A DNA stretch of 24,725 nt from IMG/VR virus record IMGVR_UViG_3300009653_000468, positions 1 through 24,725 of that record. One strand, written 5' to 3'. Shown one piece after another: positions 17,893 through 24,725 of this stretch. The notes below the pieces were generated by a model. That model saw nothing but the letters and a program-made list of their open reading frames with translations. It searched no databases and was not told the DNA's origin. Positions within the stretch are counted from its first letter, which is position 1; each line of letters starts with the position of its first letter. A program made the translations under genes and the position numbers. Source of the stretch: a virus.

Positions 17893-20285
17893 AAACCAGA
17901 AACATTGCAGTTCTAACACCTGATGAAAAGCTCATAGGATACCTCAATGATGAATATCTTACAATTACAGAAACTTGCGAGATCGGAAAACTCAGACAAA
18001 TCAAAATAGAGCATCCAATATGGGACAATGATACAAAAGAATCATTAGACTACTACCTTAGCCTGTTAGAGCATGGAAACAAGATATGGTGGCAAAAAAC
18101 CCCAAATGGGGACAGTTGCCTATATGTTATTGTTGGAGAAAGGCTTATAGACCCAGTACTCAATAAAGTGACTGTTATAGCTGAAGAAGCAGCCATAGAA
18201 TTATCTTTCCTTGAACCAATACAATACGAAAATGTTGTCATTGACAGCTTCCCCGGTACAACCTTAAATTCAAGATATGTGAGATTAAACAGTGTTGGGA
18301 GTGTTTCAATAGAAAATGACAAACTAAAATTGTCTGTTTCAACTGGGACTGATGCAAGATGGGACATAGGCGCTTTCAAAGCATGTCATGTTGGAATACC
18401 CATATCAAACACCCCAAATTTCACTATCAGTGTAAAAATAGAATCTGATACGCAAGCAAACAACACATGGAAAGGAATAGGCCTAACCGATGGGACTGCT
18501 GGGAAATGGTGTAGGGTGGTAAGGAAAGTTGATTCATCAGAGACTAAAATAAAATTAGAAACCCCAAGAAATGACATAGCAGTAGATGTCAGCACACAAC
18601 CAGTCTATTTCGAGCTTAAATTGTCTGCTTGGCAGGTAACAGCAGACTATAAAACAGAGGATGGGGATTGGCAGAATATCGGTAGTGTATATATTGATTT
18701 TGATCCCACACATGTAATATTATTCGTATCAAACCAATACGGCAACTATAATGGTGTAGTTGGAAGATTCGATGATCTGCTTTTCATACCAGAATTGGGA
18801 ATCCCCATAACAGTAGATTCAAGCTGGATAAGCAGTGTAACTGGTGGTTTGTTCCAAGCAGGGACAGTGGAAAGCACAACAATGTATTACGGTGGTGTAG
18901 CAACCCCAATGGCACTATTGAGGGAATTAGAGAATCAAACAGGGAAAACAGTCAAATTTAGATATGAATATTCAGTTGAAGAAGGTATAAAGAGATATAT
19001 TGATATAGTATCAAATCCGGGGGTTGAGCACAGAAAACCAATAGAAATCGGCTATGATACTGAAAACATCACCTTAGAAGAATCTGAAGCAGATAGTAGC
19101 ATTGCAATAGCCCCAATTCATCGAACAAGCAGCCAAGAAGACATACAAAAGTATCATGAGATATATAATCAATGGGAACTTCTATCAGTGAATCCAGGGG
19201 ACATGATCCCCGGAATGGTTATCATAGACCAAGATAATAATGTGATAGAGGGCCCTAAACTTCCAGCACCATTCAAAAAGGATGCTGGGAGCAAATATAT
19301 CTATGATACGACAGGTGCAAGTGGAATAGAATATCAGAACATATTCAATCCATCAACTGGAAATAACATTATGAAGGTGTATCCTTTTGATGTGAATGAA
19401 TCCCACCCCTATAATATCTATTGGAAGCTTGTTGAGAAGTTATATGAGATTCGACAACCAACCGTCAAATTCACAACAAATGTCCATAACATTTCATTGC
19501 TTTCAGATACACTTGATGATACCTATTATAATGTACATGATACTGTTTATCTACATATCAACTGGAGAGAGGATAAAATCCCTGCAACAGTGATAAAAAC
19601 AGAGAAATCAAGCATAGACCCATCAAAAGACCGCATAGAGCTTGGAAACTACCAGATAAACTTCCTATCAGACTACTTGTCAACATTCTACCCACGATCT
19701 AAAAGAACCCCTATGGAAATCACATATCCAACAAAACCGACACTGGAATATGATTATTATAGTACAGCGATTAAAACCCCGGGTAAAGTGTTAAATATGG
19801 ATACTGGGGGGACTTGGCAGCCTTGGGTTAGTGGGACAACACTTGCACAAGCTGTTGCCTCCAAGGATGATGGAAACAGTGCTTATGTGAGTATGGGGCA
19901 AGGAGACACAAAAACACTTGTCGCTAACACATTTGGATTCAATATCCCATCCAATGCCGAAATAACAAACATAGCTGTCACACACCGCTATAAGCATGGT
20001 TCAATAACAATAGATGCTTATGTCACACTCTTAGCACTTGTCCCAGGGGTAACTTATAACATTTATTATAATGATCCAAAGAAACTTTATTCTACATATA
20101 CAGAGAGGACAGAGGAAGGAGATATACTTACATTTTGGAAATCAACAGATGGGATCGGCCCTGCAACAGTAAACAGCAGTGGATTTGGTGTGTTTTTGAG
20201 GATGCGTAATAATTCCACAACAACAGGGAATCTATTTTGTGATTATATTGGTGTGAAGGTGTATTATCGTATTCCAAGGGTCTAA
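17889..20285 (+). CDS. Baseplate hub / Tal-like minor tail protein with inserted and terminal beta-sandwich domains
   Basis: Tal-like N-terminus (IAVL..DEKLIGYL, CLYVI, VTVIAEEAAIEL) and end (YNVHDTVYL...ATVI...IELGNY); follows Dit with ATGA overlap. Confidence 0.75.
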   Translation: MKTRNIAVLTPDEKLIGYLNDEYLTITETCEIGKLRQIKIEHPIWDNDTKESLDYYLSLLEHGNKIWWQKTPNGDSCLYVIVGERLIDPVLNKVTVIAEEAAIELSFLEPIQYENVVIDSFPGTTLNSRYVRLNSVGSVSIENDKLKLSVSTGTDARWDIGAFKACHVGIPISNTPNFTISVKIESDTQANNTWKGIGLTDGTAGKWCRVVRKVDSSETKIKLETPRNDIAVDVSTQPVYFELKLSAWQVTADYKTEDGDWQNIGSVYIDFDPTHVILFVSNQYGNYNGVVGRFDDLLFIPELGIPITVDSSWISSVTGGLFQAGTVESTTMYYGGVATPMALLRELENQTGKTVKFRYEYSVEEGIKRYIDIVSNPGVEHRKPIEIGYDTENITLEESEADSSIAIAPIHRTSSQEDIQKYHEIYNQWELLSVNPGDMIPGMVIIDQDNNVIEGPKLPAPFKKDAGSKYIYDTTGASGIEYQNIFNPSTGNNIMKVYPFDVNESHPYNIYWKLVEKLYEIRQPTVKFTTNVHNISLLSDTLDDTYYNVHDTVYLHINWREDKIPATVIKTEKSSIDPSKDRIELGNYQINFLSDYLSTFYPRSKRTPMEITYPTKPTLEYDYYSTAIKTPGKVLNMDTGGTWQPWVSGTTLAQAVASKDDGNSAYVSMGQGDTKTLVANTFGFNIPSNAEITNIAVTHRYKHGSITIDAYVTLLALVPGVTYNIYYNDPKKLYSTYTERTEEGDILTFWKSTDGIGPATVNSSGFGVFLRMRNNSTTTGNLFCDYIGVKVYYRIPRV

Positions 20286-20340
20286 AATCGTGGTGGTTGG
20301 TGATGGATAGATATTATAGTCGTATTCGGCGGGGAAAAAC

Positions 20341-20670
20341 ATGGGGACATTGGAACCTGGAGAAACTATCTACTTATCAGCCTGGATAAAGAAGGACAAG
20401 TCTTCAACTGATATGCCTTTCACACCAAGAATACAACTTGTGAAAAGTGAAGTTTGGATGAACAAAAGAGATACTGATGTCATCGCAGAGGCCCTTATTG
20501 ACTCATCAAAGGTCAATGAATGGGATCAAGTGGTGTTGAAGTACAGAAATGTCTCAGATTACCCTATAAGGGTTTCTGGAAGGCTGAAAGCTATGGGGAC
20601 AACTGGGAATGTTTGGCACGTGCTGGAAAAAGATGTAAGTGGGAAAGGAAAGCTAATATTCCTCAAATAA
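20341..20670 (+). CDS. Small beta-rich protein, CBM-like fragment
   Basis: PGETIYLSAWIK...WDQVVLKY pattern resembles carbohydrate-binding jelly rolls; start uncertain. Confidence 0.45.
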   Translation: MGTLEPGETIYLSAWIKKDKSSTDMPFTPRIQLVKSEVWMNKRDTDVIAEALIDSSKVNEWDQVVLKYRNVSDYPIRVSGRLKAMGTTGNVWHVLEKDVSGKGKLIFLK

Positions 20671-20692
20671 CTGAAAAAAGGAGTGTGGTAAC

Positions 20693-21463
20693 TTGGCTGA
20701 CCCAAAATACGTAACATTGGAAGATTTCAAAGATATGATACGTAGATATGAAGCATTCAAAAAAGAGAAGGGTAGAGACCCAAATTTTGTACGGGTTAAG
20801 GGGTCTGAGTATGCGATCCCCAACCCAGTCTTCAAGGACATGATTGAAAGATATAATCAGTTCTTGAAGGAAAACGGGAGAGAACCAAAGGTGATATACT
20901 TGAACAAGGAAGAACGACCCAAGAATGAGAAAAAGGAAGCAGATGGATGGGTATTAACCGGATACTTCAAGCAAGATTTTCAAGACACGGGGTACACTTG
21001 CGGCCCCAGCAGCCTCCAAATGGCCCTTTCAGCCCTTGGATGCAATATCTCAGAAAAAGAACTTGCCAAAGCCGGATACACAAACATCCACGGCACTACT
21101 CATGATGGAATGATAAGTGCGGTGAAGTATGCAAGCAAAAAATGCAAAAAGAACATACAAGCACAGTTCAAACCATTCTACAGTCTTGGATGGGATAGTA
21201 TCGTCAAACACATCCAAAATGGCGGTGAAATCGTAATACACTTGATCACAAGGCCTGGTTTGGATGTGGATGTGAACGGTGTTGTGGTCTGGAGACAAGC
21301 ATGGGGACACTATGTCTACCTTGTGGGTGTGAATCAGAAGAAGGGCCTTGTAAGGATAGCCGATCCTACAAAGGGGATTCATGATTTTAGAAGTGGACAA
21401 GTTGTCCAAGCGATGAATAACGTGTCAGCACCGAGCATTTTAATGTTAAACGTCAAAAAATGA
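20693..21463 (+). CDS. Pseudomurein endolysin: two pseudomurein-binding repeats plus a C39-like cysteine peptidase
   Basis: Repeats FKDMIRRYEAFKKEKGRDPNFV and FKDMIERYNQFLKENGREPKVI resemble PeiP/PeiW PMBRs; C39 motifs Q97-x5-C103 (QDTGYTCGPSSL), H206 (GHY), D224 (IADP). Confidence 0.88.
   Translation: MADPKYVTLEDFKDMIRRYEAFKKEKGRDPNFVRVKGSEYAIPNPVFKDMIERYNQFLKENGREPKVIYLNKEERPKNEKKEADGWVLTGYFKQDFQDTGYTCGPSSLQMALSALGCNISEKELAKAGYTNIHGTTHDGMISAVKYASKKCKKNIQAQFKPFYSLGWDSIVKHIQNGGEIVIHLITRPGLDVDVNGVVVWRQAWGHYVYLVGVNQKKGLVRIADPTKGIHDFRSGQVVQAMNNVSAPSILMLNVKK
20708..20902 (+). repeat. Two tandem pseudomurein-binding repeats (aa 6-35 and 41-70 of the endolysin)
   Basis: Internal duplication FKDMI-RY--F-KE-GR-P--(V/I) visible directly in the translation. 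Confidence 0.85.
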
Positions 21464-21470
21464 TAGGATC

Positions 21471-22232
21471 GTGGATACATTGGACAGCTATTCCCTATCC
21501 CATAAAAGAAGGCTTCACATCGTTCCACTTGGGGATTTTCACGTTGGTGCGAGGAATTGCAATTATGACTATCTCGAATATGCTGTGAATACTGTGAAAA
21601 ACCTGAAGGGCCCCAAGCGGGTGTATCTCCTTGGGGATCTGATGGAAACGGCTGATAGACGGGTTGGACACAGTGTATTCGAACAAGATCTAAGCATAGA
21701 TGACCAAATACTCTATTTGAGAAGCCTGCTAAAACCGATAAAGGACGACATTGTTTTTTTGTGTAGGGGCAATCATGAGGATAGACTAATCCAAATGTAT
21801 GATCTTGACCTGACAAGAATCCTTGCAAATTCCTTTGATGCGAAATATGGGTATCAATGTCATGACGTTTTCAAAATAAACGACAAAGAATTCCAAGTGA
21901 TGGCATACCATGGCAAAGGTAGAAGTAGAAACCTCCAACTTGCATATGGTAAGGTTCTAAGGGAATTGGGGAATTTTCAAGCCGATTTGTACATCTATGG
22001 ACACCTACACATGACGGGTTCCTATAGGGAATTTGTATGGACAGGGAGAGATATAAAACAAAAGACTTACATCCTTACAGGCCATTTTATGAAGTACTGG
22101 GGTGGATATCCAGAATCGAAGGCTTTGTCACTGTCCCCAGAATCGTTCATGATCTGTGGGGTGAACAAATCGCTTTCTGTGGATTGTAATCCTTTTTTCA
22201 TCCATGAAAGAAGGAACGATCTACTTACATAG
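21471..22232 (+). CDS. Calcineurin-like metallophosphoesterase
   Basis: All five motifs present: GDFH, LLGDL, GNHE, YHG, GHLH. Confidence 0.9.
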   Translation: MDTLDSYSLSHKRRLHIVPLGDFHVGARNCNYDYLEYAVNTVKNLKGPKRVYLLGDLMETADRRVGHSVFEQDLSIDDQILYLRSLLKPIKDDIVFLCRGNHEDRLIQMYDLDLTRILANSFDAKYGYQCHDVFKINDKEFQVMAYHGKGRSRNLQLAYGKVLRELGNFQADLYIYGHLHMTGSYREFVWTGRDIKQKTYILTGHFMKYWGGYPESKALSLSPESFMICGVNKSLSVDCNPFFIHERRNDLLT

Positions 22233-22265
22233 TATCCCACCCTTTGTTTATCCACCATCCTCTCC

Positions 22266-22293
22266 TTTTTTTTGTGTTTTTTTGCATGTTTTT
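22266..22293 (+). terminator. Oligo-T terminator ending the late operon
   Basis: T8 (22266-22273), T7 (22277-22283) and T5 (22289-22293) tracts about 35 nt after the phosphoesterase stop. Confidence 0.7.
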
Positions 22294-22364
22294 AGGTTGT
22301 TTACCCTACCTAAACGGGGTAAAATAGGTGAAAAAGTGATGAAAAGTTGTAAGGGGTGAAATGT

Positions 22365-22682
22365 ATGATAAATAAGATCAATCAAGTCTTGAATACGTTA
22401 AATATTGATTTATTGAAGGAGTTTAGGATAGAAGTGAACAGAGATCGCTGCTTTTTCCCAACAGCGACCATATACCCAAAAATGAAGATTATTGTGATAA
22501 AAGGGAATCCAGCAAGCGTTGAACGATACGGGCTTGCAGAACTCCTTGCACATGAAATAGCAGAATATGATTACTACTTACGTTACGATGGGGAATCCAG
22601 CAACCACAATCACAAATTCCAAGCCATAGAACAAGCATATAGAAACATCATCACAAAAAAGATCGTGGAAGAACATGGATGA
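22365..22682 (+). CDS. Small zincin/SprT-like protein with variant HExxE motif
   Basis: ELLAHEIAEY...HNHKF resembles SprT-like HExxH...H..F. The ORF track's GTG 22356 lies inside an RBS (GGGGTGA), so ATG 22365 is preferred. Confidence 0.55.
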   Translation: MINKINQVLNTLNIDLLKEFRIEVNRDRCFFPTATIYPKMKIIVIKGNPASVERYGLAELLAHEIAEYDYYLRYDGESSNHNHKFQAIEQAYRNIITKKIVEEHG

Positions 22683-22713
22683 TCTGGGTCTAATATAAAG
22701 AAGGGGTTGGTGT

Positions 22714-22727
22714 GAAATGTTTATATA
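22714..22727 (+). promoter_or_regulatory. Archaeal BRE-TATA promoter upstream of the helicase gene
   Basis: GAAATG followed by TTTATATA (22720-22727), matching the TTTAWATA consensus, about 58 nt before the start codon. Confidence 0.65.
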
Positions 22728-22784
22728 TCCCTTATATCATAGTATTGAACAAAACAAGGAAAAAAAAGAAAGGGGGTATAACCG

Positions 22785-24725
22785 GTGACCTCCATACATA
22801 GTATATTAGAACAATATAATATATACTTTTCTTATGAAATTGATGTAGAAGACTTTGTAATGGCAGTAGCAGCACTTGCAAAAAACAGAATACCCCTTAC
22901 CCGGCTTGTTAAGGAACTTCAAGAACCCGCAGAAAGGTACAACAACCTAATAAGCAACAATAAGATCAGAAGCATCGTAAAAAACATTTACATGTCCTCT
23001 GATGACTATGAAAACCCCAAAGAGTACTTGAAAATCGCTTTGGGGGATGATGGGGCTGTCAAAGACATCATAGAATACATAGAATCCTACAAAGAACAAC
23101 CATTTGTAAACATACCATTCTATGAAAAGGACATGACCATCTATTTAGATCACCAAAACAAGCAAGTAAAACTAATAAAAACGGTAGTAGTCAAAGGTGT
23201 GACCTTTGAACAAGAAATGTCAGTAATAGATGCCATACCAACAAAAATAAACCTATATGAATCCCCACTACCTGGTGACATAAGACAAATCAAGATACAA
23301 TGGGACACGATCACAAACAAGTTTACAATAGGCCCCGGGCCTATACAAGCACAATATGATTTCCTTGAGGAAAGTGGGAGAGTCTTGTACAGCCGATACC
23401 TTAAAGATGTCCTCGCAGCTATCATATCAGAGTCTGTGAGGCGAGGATTCTCCAAAATCAAAGAACAAGTTGAATCACCCGGTATCTACTATGATGAAGT
23501 GAGGAACAAGATCGTCACGGTCAAATATGAAAAATCAAAAGTCACACCAGAATCCATACAAGATTGCATCAAATTGTTAGAAAATCTTGCAAAATATGTA
23601 GACCCAACAAAGCTTGCCACTGTAATAAAATGGAACATGCTGGCACCGTTTGCATATGCGATGAAGATAATGGGGGCCCCCATGTTCCCATACCTCTATT
23701 TATATGGTGTTGCTGGGACTGGGAAGACCACAATGGCATGCATTGGTCAATACGTGCACACATACCCCACAAGTGAAACAAACACTGGTGGATCTTCTTT
23801 TGACACGGTTGCAAGGATTGGAGAGAAGCTTAGACAGTCCACGTTCCCAATCATTGTGAATGAACCTAAATCCACTTTTGACAGACCCAGCACCGCTGAA
23901 ATGGTCAAAGTAGCTATAGAATCAACGATAGCACGTGGAAGATTTGAAGGAAGGGTTTTTAGAAACATTCCAAGCCTTTCACCGATTATGTTCACATCAA
24001 ACCATTATCTGCCGCCGGATGATGCATTACTCAGAAGATTGCACATAATTAACTTCACACACGCCGACAAACCTTCAAAAGAGGAAATGCAAGAATTTCA
24101 GAACGCTTTTAGGGTGAACAACCCACACACATCCCCGCTTCGACAATTGAACGTGTTGGGTTCTTTTGTTCTTGAAGAAGTTGAAAGCGACATAAAACTA
24201 CTCTACGATGATTATAAAAGCGTTGCTGACTCCCTAATCCTACGATTTTACTCAGATGCTGGAATGGAACCGCCAGAATGGATATTAGAATGGTCAGAGG
24301 CAGAAGGTGGCTATTCAGAGATGGAAGAAGATATCAGAGAAGAAATACGAGTATTCATATGTGACCTAATCAATGAAAAGATGGCTAAAACACGTTGGAC
24401 AAATGAATACGACACTGTAATAAGCAAAGATGCCCTTCCAGTGGAAGAGGAAGGCTATTTTGATGAAATGGTTTATAACGTGTTGAAATCTGGGAAAATA
24501 CCCTACATCCTACTCCATCATAATGGTCAGTATGATGAAGTGGTGTGTACAAGTGGGTTTAGAAGCGAGCTAAGGAAAAGAAGGGACATGTCAATGAGTT
24601 TGAAAGGTATCAGCGATCTCATGGGGGATGGTTGGGATTATAAAGCTGTTAGGTTTGGTAATGCTGTGAAGAAGTGTGTTGTAGTCCCATTTCATGACTT
24701 TGTGGAGTTCCTGAAACCTTTCTGA
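22785..24725 (+). CDS. Replication protein: SF3-like AAA+ helicase with helical N-terminal region
   Basis: Walker A GVAGTGKT (23706-23729), Walker B-position PIIVNE, motif C IMFTSN, arginine finger DALLRR; probable C-terminal winged helix. Confidence 0.8.
   Translation: MTSIHSILEQYNIYFSYEIDVEDFVMAVAALAKNRIPLTRLVKELQEPAERYNNLISNNKIRSIVKNIYMSSDDYENPKEYLKIALGDDGAVKDIIEYIESYKEQPFVNIPFYEKDMTIYLDHQNKQVKLIKTVVVKGVTFEQEMSVIDAIPTKINLYESPLPGDIRQIKIQWDTITNKFTIGPGPIQAQYDFLEESGRVLYSRYLKDVLAAIISESVRRGFSKIKEQVESPGIYYDEVRNKIVTVKYEKSKVTPESIQDCIKLLENLAKYVDPTKLATVIKWNMLAPFAYAMKIMGAPMFPYLYLYGVAGTGKTTMACIGQYVHTYPTSETNTGGSSFDTVARIGEKLRQSTFPIIVNEPKSTFDRPSTAEMVKVAIESTIARGRFEGRVFRNIPSLSPIMFTSNHYLPPDDALLRRLHIINFTHADKPSKEEMQEFQNAFRVNNPHTSPLRQLNVLGSFVLEEVESDIKLLYDDYKSVADSLILRFYSDAGMEPPEWILEWSEAEGGYSEMEEDIREEIRVFICDLINEKMAKTRWTNEYDTVISKDALPVEEEGYFDEMVYNVLKSGKIPYILLHHNGQYDEVVCTSGFRSELRKRRDMSMSLKGISDLMGDGWDYKAVRFGNAVKKCVVVPFHDFVEFLKPF

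Larger units (their letters stand above)
1..24725 (+). mobile_element. Packaging, head, tail, lysis and part of the replication module of a tailed archaeal virus/provirus infecting a pseudomurein-containing methanogen (partial genome)
   Basis: Canonical siphovirus gene order TerS-TerL-portal-MuF-protease-MCP-neck-tail tube-chaperone-TMP-Dit-Tal-lysin on one strand; PeiP/PeiW-like pseudomurein-binding repeats; GGTGA/GGAGG RBSs; archaeal TATA box and oligo-T terminators. No integrase or att seen, so free virus versus provirus cannot be decided. Confidence 0.93.

Noticed and set aside
15160-20285. Diversity-generating retroelement target in the adhesin-like tail genes
   Set aside because: No reverse transcriptase and no near-identical template/variable repeat pair seen in the window; the shared domains are diverged protein-level paralogues.
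20520-20714. 64-aa plus-strand ORF bridging the CBM-like gene and the endolysin
   Set aside because: Alternative-frame overlap of two better-supported genes; no convincing RBS and no transmembrane segment to suggest a holin.
22233-22364. Possible attachment site or genome terminus in the intergenic region
   Set aside because: No second copy of a core sequence, tRNA fragment or integrase in the window; composition and orientation continue unchanged across it.

Overview
The window is a contiguous, all-plus-strand segment of a tailed dsDNA archaeal virus or provirus (Caudoviricetes, siphovirus-type). Pseudomurein-binding repeats closely resembling PeiP/PeiW and GGTGA-type ribosome-binding sites point to a pseudomurein-walled Methanobacteriales host, probably Methanothermobacter-like. 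Gene order: membrane-anchored coiled-coil protein, terminase small and large subunits, Mu gp29-like portal, gp7/MuF head protein, protease-scaffold, head decoration protein, HK97-type major capsid protein, neck proteins, tail tube, tail assembly chaperone pair, 1491-aa tape measure protein, adhesin-extended distal tail protein, tail hub, endolysin, metallophosphoesterase, a T-rich terminator, a small zincin-like ORF and an SF3-like replicative helicase. No integrase, att site, tRNA or CRISPR array is visible. Highlights: (1) two unrelated candidate pseudomurein hydrolases, a PeiW/PeiP-like Cys-His-Asp domain near the tape measure C-terminus (entry) and a PMBR x2 + C39 endolysin (exit); (2) a candidate +1 frameshift at TTT-CGT joining the tail chaperone ORFs in place of the usual -1 site; (3) a tail tip assembled from DUF11-like and repeated jelly-roll modules; (4) a nested scaffold start; (5) a 14-nt motif shared by three intergenic regions, apparent absence of CTAG, and alternating A/C-rich and G/T-rich blocks inside genes. 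All family assignments are from motif recognition by eye; no database searches were run.
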